64,000 nt of DNA. Origin: Ktedonobacteria bacterium. GTDB taxonomy: Bacteria > Chloroflexota > Ktedonobacteria > Ktedonobacterales > JACDGC01. Position 1 is the stretch's first letter. The number at the start of each line of letters is the position of its first letter. The notes beneath the pieces were generated by a model. That model saw only the letters and a list, made by a program, of their open reading frames with translations, had not been told where the DNA came from and did no database searches. Both the position numbers and the translations under genes were made by a program. The stretch covers positions 12,326 to 76,325 of the forward strand of contig DAIDIC010000210.1 in NCBI GenBank assembly GCA_027459525.1, read 5' to 3'. Of this stretch, positions 39,023 through 48,521 are shown piece after piece.

Positions 39023-40261
39023 ATGGCGTCAATTGAACCAACCGATACCATTCCTTCATTAAAACGCGCCGAACGATCCCTGCGAGTTATCATTTCTGGC
39101 GGGGGAACCGGCGGACACATCTATCCGGCGCTGGCTGTGGCCCAGATATTAGCTGAATCCTATGGCGCCGAAATATTATATATCGGAGACGCCGATGGCC
39201 CAGAGGTAAAACTGGCGCCGGCGGCAGGGTTCCGGCTGAAAACTATTCACGCCGGCAAACTGGTTCGCTATTGGTCAAAAGAGTTGATACAAGAGCTGGC
39301 CAATGTTCCGGTGGGGTTTTTTGAGGCGCGGCAAATTGTTCATGAATTTGATCCACAGGCGGTGTTTACCAGCGGCGGCTATGTAGCCACACCGGTTGGG
39401 GTAGCCGCGCGCGCGCATGGCGCTCCGGTATTAATTCACCAACAAGATGTATCGCCAAATTTAGCAAATAAACTGCTTAAACCATTTGCCACACGCATCT
39501 CGGTTTCGTTTCACGATTCGCTGCGTTATTTCCCCCCAGATAAAACTACGGTTTCGGGCAACCCGGTGCGCAAAGCAATACTCGACGCAGCCCAGTTATC
39601 TCGCGCACAAGCTAAACAATTATCAGGTTTTGCCGATGATCTTCCATTGATAGTAGTTACAGGGGGAAGCCAAGGCGCGCGGCGCATTAACCAAGTTGTA
39701 TGTGAAATATTGCCGGTTATTCTGCCAAAAGCGAATGTTTTGCATATCAGTGGCAGGCAGACATTCCAAGAAACGGTTGAACGTTCTGTTCAAGCGTTAA
39801 CCTCGTTGCCGGAAGATGTGCGCGCGCGATATAAACTAACGCCATATCTTGATAATGAAATGGGGGCAGCGCTTGCCGCCGCAGATTTTGTTATTGCGCG
39901 TTCTGGCGCCGCCACACTGGCAGAGCTTGCGGTTTTAAGTAGAGCCTCAATTTTAGCGCCGCTACCGCCAGGCTTTAGCGGATCTCCGCAAGAAATTAAC
40001 GCCAATATGTTTGCCGATAAAGGCGCCGCAGTGGTTATTCCGGACGATGCGTTTACAGCGGCGCGGCTCTTACAATCGGCGCTTAACCTGCTGGAAAACA
40101 GCGCGCAAGTACGGGCAATGGAAACAGCGGCGCAGCAATTTTCTCAGCCAAACGCCGCAAATGATATTGCGGCGCAGGTTGCGCGGCTGGGCGCCGAGTA
40201 TAGGGTTCAACGCCGCAAAGATCGCGCACGGCGAATAGTTGAACGAGCGTCTCGGCAATGA
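39023..40261 (+). CDS. murG: UDP-GlcNAc:lipid I GlcNAc transferase MurG
   Basis: ISGGGTGGHIYPALAVA, VTGGSQGA, ARSGAATLAEL motifs. Confidence 0.9.
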   Translation: MASIEPTDTIPSLKRAERSLRVIISGGGTGGHIYPALAVAQILAESYGAEILYIGDADGPEVKLAPAAGFRLKTIHAGKLVRYWSKELIQELANVPVGFFEARQIVHEFDPQAVFTSGGYVATPVGVAARAHGAPVLIHQQDVSPNLANKLLKPFATRISVSFHDSLRYFPPDKTTVSGNPVRKAILDAAQLSRAQAKQLSGFADDLPLIVVTGGSQGARRINQVVCEILPVILPKANVLHISGRQTFQETVERSVQALTSLPEDVRARYKLTPYLDNEMGAALAAADFVIARSGAATLAELAVLSRASILAPLPPGFSGSPQEINANMFADKGAAVVIPDDAFTAARLLQSALNLLENSAQVRAMETAAQQFSQPNAANDIAAQVARLGAEYRVQRRKDRARRIVERASRQ

Positions 40262-40321
40262 CAGCAATGGGGTTTTGCGCGCAGATGTGTATAAACAGAG
40301 ATTCATTCAAGAGAGGGCGCC

Positions 40322-42109
40322 ATGGGATGGAGTGAACTGATTAACTCTGAACTGGATGGGTATAAAATTATTAAAGAAATAGCCCGCGGAGGCACTTCGC
40401 GGGTATATCTTGGCGTGCATTTACAAACAGGGCAGGAAACTGCAATAAAGGTAATGGCGGTTAATGTAGACGGCGGAGAGCAAAATTCCTTTGTCCGCAG
40501 ATTTGAACAGGAATCTCAAGCAGTGCTGATGCTGAATCATCCCAATATTGTGCAGGTATATTCCGTCGGGAAAAATGATGAATTTGTATATATGATTATG
40601 CAATTGGTCTCCGGCGGCACGCTGCGCGATAAACTCGGCAAGCCGCTGCCGGTTCCTGAAGCCGTATCGCTGATTTCACAAATGGCGCGCGCGCTGCATC
40701 ATGCGCACCAACGCAATATAGTGCACCGTGATGTAAAGCCAGCCAATATGCTGGTAGACGATAAAGACACTTCACATCTTTTACTGGCAGATTTTGGTAT
40801 TGCCAAAATCATCGGCATGCAAGGCATCACCAAAACGGGCACAGCGTTGGGCACGCCGGAATATATGGCGCCGGAGCAGGCCCAAGGCGAAGTTATTGAC
40901 CACCGCGCAGATATTTATGGCTTAGGCTGTGTGCTTTACGAAACGTTGGCCGGCCGCCCGCCTTTTTCTGGGCCTACCGCTTTTTCAACCTGTTATCAAC
41001 ATGTGCATTACCGTCCGCCATATATTCGGGGATTTAACCCGGATGTTTCACGAAAACTTGCGCTGATTATTGAAAAAGCGCTGGCTAAAAATCCCGCAGA
41101 TCGTTTTGCCACTGCCGAGGAGTTTGCCGAAGCGCTATATCCATTTTCGGAAGCGCAGCCGGATAGACATATCCCGCCTGCCCCACCCATTGAAGGCTTA
41201 AATACCGACAGAGATTTTTCCCGCCCGCAGCTGCGGCTGGCGCCAAACCCAGAAATACAGGAACAACAGTCATCTTCTTTTGAGGAGCCAATTTCAGTTG
41301 AAATAAATCCGCCGGTGTTGGATATTTCTATGATTCGCCGAGCCACGATACCGACGCCCACAGCGCACACCGATGACGAAACCACTCGCCAAACCACCGA
41401 GGTAACCCCGGTAGCCACACCATTGCGGCCGCGCCACACCAGACCGATAGAAAAAAATTCTCCGGTTAAAAATCACGCCGTATCTCCGCCGGTTATGCAA
41501 CCGCACACCGAGGCTCCGCGCCACAGCAGCAACGCTTCCGCCGGCTCCGGATCAGATCACCGCGCACAACCGCCGGCGCGCAAGCCCGATAATAAATTGG
41601 GAAAAGCGCTTATTTTCCTTGCGGCTATTTTAGCCCTAGGGTCTATCGCTTTAGCTGTGCCGCATTTTTTAAATAAAAACCAGCCGGCAGCTTTGGCTAC
41701 AGCTACACTGGCGCCTACAGACACAGCCACACTGGCTCCTACAGCCACACTGGCGCCAACGGTAACCGCCGCGCCCGCAACAGCAACCACCGCGCCACAG
41801 GCAGGCGCTATTACAAAAGCGACAGCAAATTCCGTAATAGATCTAAGCTGTTCTATTTCCAAATCCGTTTTTCCGGCGTATTCACAAGTATATATTAACA
41901 TTTGTATAAACTCCGGATATGGCTCGGGAGTCATTTCTGCTGTATATTACCGCAACGGCGCATTTATAATACGTTCATCTTATTCCGGCGCTTCCGCCGG
42001 AGGATATTATCTTTCCGCAGACTCTTCCGTCATGCAGCCGGGATCTTACACCGTAGATGTTCAATGGAATAGTCAAACTGAATATACGTTATTATTTACT
42101 GTTTCATAG
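40322..42109 (+). CDS. Transmembrane Ser/Thr protein kinase (PknB-like, canonical catalytic motifs)
   Basis: GGTSRVY, AIKV, HRDVKPANML, DFGIAK, APEQ. Then a P/T/A-rich linker, one TM helix and an unassigned extracellular domain. Confidence 0.9.
   Translation: MGWSELINSELDGYKIIKEIARGGTSRVYLGVHLQTGQETAIKVMAVNVDGGEQNSFVRRFEQESQAVLMLNHPNIVQVYSVGKNDEFVYMIMQLVSGGTLRDKLGKPLPVPEAVSLISQMARALHHAHQRNIVHRDVKPANMLVDDKDTSHLLLADFGIAKIIGMQGITKTGTALGTPEYMAPEQAQGEVIDHRADIYGLGCVLYETLAGRPPFSGPTAFSTCYQHVHYRPPYIRGFNPDVSRKLALIIEKALAKNPADRFATAEEFAEALYPFSEAQPDRHIPPAPPIEGLNTDRDFSRPQLRLAPNPEIQEQQSSSFEEPISVEINPPVLDISMIRRATIPTPTAHTDDETTRQTTEVTPVATPLRPRHTRPIEKNSPVKNHAVSPPVMQPHTEAPRHSSNASAGSGSDHRAQPPARKPDNKLGKALIFLAAILALGSIALAVPHFLNKNQPAALATATLAPTDTATLAPTATLAPTVTAAPATATTAPQAGAITKATANSVIDLSCSISKSVFPAYSQVYINICINSGYGSGVISAVYYRNGAFIIRSSYSGASAGGYYLSADSSVMQPGSYTVDVQWNSQTEYTLLFTVS
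41702..41761 (+). repeat. Three 18-nt tandem units inside the kinase gene (ATLAPT linker)
   Basis: GCTACACTGGCGCCTACA, a 6-nt spacer, then GCCACACTGGCTCCTACA and GCCACACTGGCGCCAACG. Confidence 0.6.
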
Positions 42110-42225
42110 CAATTTTGGTTATCTTCTGCCATAATAGTATATAAAGTCTTGACGATTGCGCAGACCTATGATAGCCTACTTACTAAGATGCGCTGTCTTG
42201 GTTGTATGGCTTAATATATAATTAT

Positions 42226-42300
42226 AGGACTTTCGCTTGTTACCTTATTTGGAAATTTGCAAGGCTCTCCTTGCGCAGGATTTGGGGTATCCCTCCCAAA
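42226..42300 (+). repeat. Degenerate or rearranged relative of the MITE-like element
   Basis: Starts with an exact T-AGGACTTTCGCTTG terminus. Contains a GCAAGG-CTCT-CCTTGC hairpin and TTTGGG-GTATCCCT-CCCAAA. No matching right terminus was found. Confidence 0.35.
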
Positions 42301-42391
42301 TGCTCTCATCGGCGCAGTATGTAAGACAACCTTGAATGGTTCCGGCGGAAAACTAGCGTCAAAAAGATATTTCATACAATAAAGGGTCAAT

Positions 42392-42589
42392 ATGACAGAA
42401 AAAGAACTGCTTCAAACGCAAATGCGCAGTTTTCAGTTTTACGCTGATTTAATTGAACGCGCAACACGCACAACCGGCGATGAACTGCCGCGCTGGAATA
42501 TCGAAAAAGCCAGAAAGTTTCGAGAATTGGCGGAGCAATATAAATTGCGGCTGCAAGAAATTGAACAAAAAGAGCGGCAAGCGTCTTAA
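42392..42589 (+). CDS. Small coiled-coil protein (65 aa), hypothetical
   Basis: ORF with AAAGGG upstream. Charged helical sequence. First gene of the 42.4-45.4 kb cluster. Confidence 0.45.
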   Translation: MTEKELLQTQMRSFQFYADLIERATRTTGDELPRWNIEKARKFRELAEQYKLRLQEIEQKERQAS

Positions 42590-42667
42590 CAATTCATTGT
42601 GAAAATCAGCGGATATGCGTTGCGTATCCCTGATTTATTTCAGGCGAACCTTGAAGGAAGTTGCGGT

Positions 42668-43390
42668 ATGAGTGATCAGCAATATCTATATACCAGCAGG
42701 CTGGGCAATATTATACGCCTGATTATTTTAGGAAGACAAACCGGATCGCTTCGCGCGTATCGGGGCACAGAAAACTCGCGGGAAGAAGGCGGCGCCGATT
42801 TTATCGACGGGCAGGCCGAAAATGTTTTTGTTGGTCAAATACATGATCCAAGAATGCTGGATGTGTTAATTGCGTGGGGAGAGTGTCATTATTTATTTTT
42901 GGATAATCTTACCAACGCAGACGGAATGCAAAACAGCGGTGGGTATAGGTCTGTGCCCAGAGAGGCGCAAAAAAGCGGATCACTGCCTCCAATCAGCTCA
43001 GGATCGCTGCCGGGGTCTCAGCTTTATAACCCATACCCGCCGATCAATAATACCGGCAATCCGCAGGGATATAACCAGTATGGCAACCAGCCTTACCCGC
43101 CGGACAGCAGTTATAACACTGGTTACGGCGCTGAACAAAGCACAAATGTATATAATATTCAAATACCCGCATATATATGGCAAAAAGTGCAAAATACAAG
43201 TTATATTCCACGCAGAGTTTCTGCGCAAGACCTAAGCATATTCAGTCAGTTCAACCGATACGATCGTCAGTTAGCCTTTTTAGTTGACGGACGGCGGACA
43301 TTACCCGATCTTATCCGCATGACAAACCGGCCGGCGGAAGAAGTGCAAAAGATCGTTGCAACACTAATAGTACTGGGATTAGTCGAATAA
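42668..43390 (+). CDS. DUF4388 domain protein with a Q/N/P/Y-rich linker
   Basis: N-terminal LGNIIRLIILGRQTGSLRAYRG...DGQ...W pattern of DUF4388. C-terminal RRTLPDLIRMTNRPAEEVQKIVATLIVLGLVE wHTH-like tail. Start at ATG 42668 (GAAGGA upstream). Confidence 0.55.
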   Translation: MSDQQYLYTSRLGNIIRLIILGRQTGSLRAYRGTENSREEGGADFIDGQAENVFVGQIHDPRMLDVLIAWGECHYLFLDNLTNADGMQNSGGYRSVPREAQKSGSLPPISSGSLPGSQLYNPYPPINNTGNPQGYNQYGNQPYPPDSSYNTGYGAEQSTNVYNIQIPAYIWQKVQNTSYIPRRVSAQDLSIFSQFNRYDRQLAFLVDGRRTLPDLIRMTNRPAEEVQKIVATLIVLGLVE

Positions 43391-43428
43391 AAACCGGCGT
43401 ATTGTTCCCGGATATGAGGAAATTTTCT

Positions 43429-44922
43429 ATGAAAAAATGGTCAGCAAGATTTGGTATTCGGACCCAGATTATTTTTGTTGTGTTATTAGGCGCAATTATA
43501 ACCACCGCTATTACGCTGGTTATTGCTGATACATCCATCCAATCATATGGATATTCTCAGTTTTTAAATCAAGAATCAAATAATTTAAAGTTTGTTAATT
43601 TAACATTAGCTTCTCGTTTTGGATCCAGCGTTTCTATTACTTCAAATGATCTGCTTGCTTTTGATGATCCTGCGGCTAATTCATATCTCAATCAGCCATA
43701 TGGTATACTTGCCGCAAATAATAACCCAGATATTGTTAATTATATTCATGCGCTTTTGCAAGATAATCAAATCACAGTCTATCAATGCGCCAACCAAAAC
43801 GCTCAGTTAATTTTGGTCAACGGGTTGCTGCAATGCCAAGTTGCCTCTACCACGTTTCTGTCAAATGGTCAGCCAGTCACTGCTGATACACCATCTATCC
43901 TCAATTTAACAGTGCTGCCGCAAAACGTGATTCAACAAATGGCTATTCCAATCAATTCGGCAAATAGTTTTGACACACCACCCAAAACATATTATGGATC
44001 TGTTACCATCCAAAAAATTTCTTATTTTGCCGCGTATGAGCCACTCATCGATCCTCAGCATCACCTTGTAGGGATTCTTTCCATTGCGGTGCCGCAAACA
44101 ACTGTTTCTACCCTGATTAATGACGTTTCGCTGAAGTTAATTATCAGCGGCGCCGCAATATTAATTGCCGGCGTTATTCTTGCCATTTGGGTTGCTACGG
44201 CGGTTTCCAACACACTAAAAGGATCTTCCAACCAAATTATTGTTTCTTGCGATAAAATATCGAAAAACGCCTTGCAGCAAACATCCGGCGCGCGGCAGCA
44301 GGTTTGGGCAATTAACGCCATCAACCAAGCCATCGTCGATCTGCAAAACTTCTCAAATGAAGTTACGGGCCGCACGCAATATTTAGCCAATATCACCGGC
44401 GAAACATATAATCGACGCAGTGAAATGAGTCATGCCCAATATGAAGCGGTGCTGGCGTTTATGTCTAATCAATCACGCTCTATCAATTCATATGCGCAGC
44501 AGCAAAATCATACTATCGATCGTATGTCTAAAGCCATGCAGGCAGTTATTGAAATTGCCGACCAAGTGGTTGACAGCAGCCAAGACACCCAAAATAACGC
44601 TGATCAACTGAATGAAGTTGTTTTACGCCTGAATCAATTGGTAAAAGGCTTAAATAAAAAGACGGCAGCGCCGGCTCCGGCGCCAAATGCGCAAATTAGG
44701 AAATCACCAGAAAACCGCAACGGTAAAGCCATGTTGGATGCGCCCGCAGCGCAGTCGTCACAGTATGGCGATCCCTTTGCGCAAAGCCAGTTAAACGCGC
44801 CAAGAAGCGGCGGCTCGCGCAGCAGCGGCATCCCTGCTATGCGTTCTTCTTCGTCGCCGGCGCAGCCCGGGATAAGATCTGGAAATAATTCTTTGCCAAA
44901 TCAGCGCCGGAATACAAAATAA
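43429..44922 (+). CDS. Membrane sensor-like protein: TM, Cache-like extracellular domain, TM, cytoplasmic coiled coil, disordered tail
   Basis: YFAAYEPLIDPQHHLVGILSIAVP resembles a Cache core. The cytoplasmic heptad region vaguely resembles an MCP, but the conserved MCP hairpin is absent. Confidence 0.45.
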   Translation: MKKWSARFGIRTQIIFVVLLGAIITTAITLVIADTSIQSYGYSQFLNQESNNLKFVNLTLASRFGSSVSITSNDLLAFDDPAANSYLNQPYGILAANNNPDIVNYIHALLQDNQITVYQCANQNAQLILVNGLLQCQVASTTFLSNGQPVTADTPSILNLTVLPQNVIQQMAIPINSANSFDTPPKTYYGSVTIQKISYFAAYEPLIDPQHHLVGILSIAVPQTTVSTLINDVSLKLIISGAAILIAGVILAIWVATAVSNTLKGSSNQIIVSCDKISKNALQQTSGARQQVWAINAINQAIVDLQNFSNEVTGRTQYLANITGETYNRRSEMSHAQYEAVLAFMSNQSRSINSYAQQQNHTIDRMSKAMQAVIEIADQVVDSSQDTQNNADQLNEVVLRLNQLVKGLNKKTAAPAPAPNAQIRKSPENRNGKAMLDAPAAQSSQYGDPFAQSQLNAPRSGGSRSSGIPAMRSSSSPAQPGIRSGNNSLPNQRRNTK

Positions 44923-44982
44923 CCGGCGTTGGCCGCAAAAATTCCGGATATTTTATTTTTCATTCTAATGGAGGTCTTTTAC

Positions 44983-45405
44983 ATGTCAATTACCGATACA
45001 CTGGCAAGGGCGCCGCTGTTTGCTTCGCTGGATCAGAAAGATCTGACAGCGTTAGCGTCGGCTGCACGAGAACAGCAATACCACCATGGCGAAGAGTTAA
45101 TTCGCCAAGGACAAACAGGCGTAGGTTTATTTATCTTAACATCAGGACGAGTTCGTGTAACGCAGCAGCGAAACAATGAATTATTCGATCTTGGTGTGCT
45201 GGAACATGGCCAAGTATTTGGCGAGTTATCACTCTTGGATGACCTGCCACGCACTGCAACCATAACAGCAATTGAAAACTGCAATGTTATTATCATTCCA
45301 ATTTGGGATTTCCGCGCCGCATTGCGCGAAAATCCATCTATGGCGCTGGGTCTGCTTAAATCACTCAGTCAGCGCATCCGGCAAATTGAAAAACCAACAA
45401 ACTAA
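44983..45405 (+). CDS. Stand-alone cyclic-nucleotide-binding domain protein
   Basis: LFASLDQKDL...GELIRQGQ...FGELSLLDDLPRTATITA (CAP/cNMP fold). GGAGG RBS before ATG 44983. Confidence 0.8.
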   Translation: MSITDTLARAPLFASLDQKDLTALASAAREQQYHHGEELIRQGQTGVGLFILTSGRVRVTQQRNNELFDLGVLEHGQVFGELSLLDDLPRTATITAIENCNVIIIPIWDFRAALRENPSMALGLLKSLSQRIRQIEKPTN

Positions 45406-45444
45406 CTTCAGCATACAAGTTGAAATAGTGTCACAGCAATAAGA

Positions 45445-45475
45445 GGGCGGCGCCAATAGCCGCCTTTCGTTGTAT
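45445..45475 (+). terminator. Candidate terminator after the cNMP-binding gene
   Basis: GGGCGGC-gccaata-GCCGCCT followed by TTCGTTGTATTT. Confidence 0.45.
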
Positions 45476-45607
45476 TTACAGAACATCCCGTAAAGCCGAC
45501 AGTCTGTAGACTGTGCGGAGTTGGCTTGAGCCTATGCGGAGTATCAATTTGTGTATCATTGGTTTTCTGGCCGAACAATATACAGTATTTTTACCGATAT
45601 CTTTTTT

Positions 45608-45965
45608 CACCTTTCGGAAATCGCTGGTATGCTAGAAAAAAATATCCCATCATGCGGTATATTAGATAAAAACGACCTATGAGGGATCAACGTGAATTTT
45701 TTACCGCCCAAAAGCGATTCATGACGAAGTTTCCCGGCTGGAAGACGCTTTAGCGCAAGGCAAAGAGGAAGGCAGAGCAGAAGGCACAGTTGAGGGAATA
45801 GTCCAGTCAATTCGTCAACTGTGGCGCAAACATTTTGGCAAAATGAGCAAAAAAGAAGAACAAGCGTTGTCAGCCGCCGGCAGCGATGCGCTCGAACACA
45901 TTCCGGATCAAATGCCGGAGCCACACCATACGGTTGAACAGGCTCGCGCCGATCTGGGGATGTAA
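45608..45965 (+). pseudogene. Frameshifted C-terminal relic of an Rpn/YhgA-like (PD-(D/E)XK 'transposase'-like) protein with a DUF4351-type tail
   Basis: Own translation of 45696-45965: ...LEDALAQGKEEGRAEGTVEGIVQSIRQLWRKHFGKMSKKEEQALSAAGSDALEHIPDQM..., matching the EGRxEG + helical DUF4351 pattern. No start codon. The upstream piece (SEIAGMLEKN...) is in another frame. Confidence 0.45.
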
Positions 45966-46273
45966 ATAGCCCTTTATCTATGCGCGGCGCTAACATGTTA
46001 TACTATTAATGTTACACTGATACTGCCTAATATATAGCGCGCAATATTCAACGCCGTTCAGCCAGCTGCGCACAGGTGTTGCACAACAATACAGTCAATA
46101 ATTTAGCTGGCGTATGCGCGCGGCAACGTAATATGGGGCAGTTTCGCGTTTAAAGCCCGGAGTAGGGCGCTCCCGGTTTCTTTCACGCAATTGCGTATAA
46201 AAGAAATCCTTGAATGGATTATATGAATGCCCAACAAATATATCAATGTTGATAGTGTAAAAGAGGATGTTGT

Positions 46274-48376
46274 ATGGCGACTCAAGCAGATAAATCATCC
46301 GCGGCGGCAAACGCTGCGCCGGCATTTGATCCGATTGACTGCTATAAGCAGATGATCATGGCTCGAACCATTAATGAGACATTAAAGGCTCGTAAAACAC
46401 AGGGTAAATTCCCCTTTTATATCGGCGCCGGCGGACATGAAGCTTTAGCCGGTGTGGTCGCCGCGCTGCGGCAAGATGACTGGCTGGCCCTTTACTATAG
46501 AGATCTTGCCGTATGGCTTCAACGCACCCGCGACGCATTCGCGCCAGTGCGCGCCGCGTATTCGCGTGTTACCGACCCTATGTCTGCCGGGCGGAATATG
46601 CCGGAACATTTTAGCAGCGCGGACTATCATATTCTGCCAACATCCAGCGAAGTTTCCAGCCTTGGACCATTTGCCGCCGGCGTGGCGTATGCCTTTAAGC
46701 GCGCAAAAACCGGCCAATTGGCAATGTTTTGCACCGGAGATGGCGGCGCGGCAACCAATGATTTTACGGCAATGTATCGCGCGGCAACCGTGCATAAACT
46801 GCCGCTGATTATGACTGTAGAAGATAACGGCTGGGCAATTACTACGCCAACAGACGGACACCAATGGGGCGGTAATTTGGCAGAATGGGCGCGCGGCGGT
46901 GGCGCATTTACGATTGAAGCAGACGGAACCAACGCTTTAGAGCTATATGAGGTTGGGTTGCAAGCCGCTGAAGTTGCCAGATCCGGAAACGGTCCGGTAT
47001 TTTTGCATTTAAAGATGGGCCTGCTCGATCCGCATTCCAGCAGCACCGATATTTATGCGTACCGCCAACGCGACGAAGTTGCTAAAACAAAAGAAACCCG
47101 CGACCCCATCCGTAATACCGGCAAAGCGTTGATAGAACGCGGCCTGCTGACACAGGAACAGATCGACCGGATGATGGAACAAGCAAAAGATGAGTTGGAC
47201 GCTATTGAAGATCAGGTTTTGGCAGAGCCGGTTGCCACCGGAGATCGCGTGCAGGAACGGCTGTATTATTGGCCGACGGAGCCGCAGGTAGAACCGGGAT
47301 CGAATCGGTCGAGTAAACATATGCTGCAGGCCATCAACGAGGCGCTGGTAGAAATTACGCGCCGAGATTCCGGCTTTTTTGTGTACGGCCAAGATGTTGG
47401 CAGCCCGCGCGGCGGTGTTTTTGGCGCAACGCAAATGCTGGTAAATGAATTTCCGCAATCGGCAATCAGCAGCCCCCTGAATGAGCAAATTATTTTCGGC
47501 ATAGCCGCTGGCGCCTCTATGGCAGATAACAAAGCGCGATTTGGCGAAATTCAATTTGTGGATTACCATCAATCTATGTCGCAAAGCATACGCATAGCAG
47601 GGCGCATATCGTACCAAACGTTTGGTGACTGGAAATGTCCTGTGGTTATTCGCACAAAAGCCGGCAGCGGCGGCGGCGGCCCAATTTCTGATTCTGGCAC
47701 AGGCGGCGGCGCATTCGGGCATTCACATTCCGGAGAATATTGGTTTACCTCCATTCCCGGATTGATTACTGTTTGCCCCAGCAACCCATTTGACGCTAAA
47801 GGTTTGATGATCGAATCTTCACGCACACAATCACCGCTCGTATTTTTGGAACGCGGCAGACTCTTCCGATCAGATCCGCCAAAAGACGCCAACGGCAATG
47901 TGATAGCAGAACTGGCAGATTTATGGCTGACCCCCGATGGATATTATACTGTGCCGCTGCGTTCGGCGCGAACCATTCATATTGGGCAGGGCAGTACCGC
48001 CGGCGCAATTATAACATGGGGCACTATGGTTTTAGAGTCTGCCATTGCCGCGGCAAATGCGTCACAGCAATATAACTGCGCATTTGATATTATTGATTTG
48101 CGCACGCTGTACCCATTTGATGAAGCGACTGTTTCTCAGGCTATTGCGGCAACAAACCGTGTTGTGGTAGTAACTGAAGAAGGTGACCATACCAGTTTTG
48201 GCCGGCACCTGCATTCGTGGATTGTAGAACGGCATTTTAATGACCTTGATATGCCGGCAGAACTCATCCATGCGCTCGCATTCCCGGCCGTTTCATACAG
48301 CGCCGCCGAAGAAGCAGTGTTTTATCCGACTTCTAAGGATATTGAGCAGATCTTGGTCCGCTTTGCTTCAGCGTAA
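46274..48376 (+). CDS. Fused E1 alpha-beta TPP-dependent 2-oxoacid (branched-chain/acetoin-type) dehydrogenase component
   Basis: The N-terminal half has the E1-alpha TPP motif (CTGDGGAATNDF...EDNGWAI). The C-terminal half is E1-beta (YGQDVGSPRGGVFGAT...SSPLNEQIIFGIAAGA). Confidence 0.85.
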   Translation: MATQADKSSAAANAAPAFDPIDCYKQMIMARTINETLKARKTQGKFPFYIGAGGHEALAGVVAALRQDDWLALYYRDLAVWLQRTRDAFAPVRAAYSRVTDPMSAGRNMPEHFSSADYHILPTSSEVSSLGPFAAGVAYAFKRAKTGQLAMFCTGDGGAATNDFTAMYRAATVHKLPLIMTVEDNGWAITTPTDGHQWGGNLAEWARGGGAFTIEADGTNALELYEVGLQAAEVARSGNGPVFLHLKMGLLDPHSSSTDIYAYRQRDEVAKTKETRDPIRNTGKALIERGLLTQEQIDRMMEQAKDELDAIEDQVLAEPVATGDRVQERLYYWPTEPQVEPGSNRSSKHMLQAINEALVEITRRDSGFFVYGQDVGSPRGGVFGATQMLVNEFPQSAISSPLNEQIIFGIAAGASMADNKARFGEIQFVDYHQSMSQSIRIAGRISYQTFGDWKCPVVIRTKAGSGGGGPISDSGTGGGAFGHSHSGEYWFTSIPGLITVCPSNPFDAKGLMIESSRTQSPLVFLERGRLFRSDPPKDANGNVIAELADLWLTPDGYYTVPLRSARTIHIGQGSTAGAIITWGTMVLESAIAAANASQQYNCAFDIIDLRTLYPFDEATVSQAIAATNRVVVVTEEGDHTSFGRHLHSWIVERHFNDLDMPAELIHALAFPAVSYSAAEEAVFYPTSKDIEQILVRFASA

Positions 48377-48392
48377 TCGATTGCCTGCGCGG

Positions 48393-48426
48393 GATATGGC
48401 AGAAACAAGCTATTTTCTGCCATATC
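48393..48426 (+). terminator. Perfect 13-bp hairpin after the E1 gene
   Basis: GATATGGCAGAAA-caagctat-TTTCTGCCATATC. The U-tract is weak (TTGTGG). Confidence 0.5.
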
Positions 48427-48521
48427 TTGTGGCGGATAAGGATTTTGAACAGATTTCTAGGTCCTCTACTCATTCCCAATACAAGCAAAAATTTTTTGAA
48501 AAATATAGGCGGATAATCTCT

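Noticed and set aside
45607-45996. 129-aa minus-strand ORF in the gene-free stretch.
   Set aside because: No RBS or family resemblance. The opposite strand carries the DUF4351-type relic, which explains the open antisense frame better.
47009-47722. 237-aa minus-strand ORF, and other long antisense ORFs (46445-47046, 47266-47898), inside the E1 gene.
   Set aside because: The plus strand encodes a fully recognisable E1 alpha-beta protein. The antisense ORFs are Arg/Ala/Cys-rich shadows typical of GC-rich third positions.
48240-48521. Upstream extension of the SDR ORF overlapping the end of the E1 gene.
   Set aside because: The extension has no SDR homology and spans the 13-bp hairpin. The canonical TGxxxGxG motif follows directly after Met 48522.
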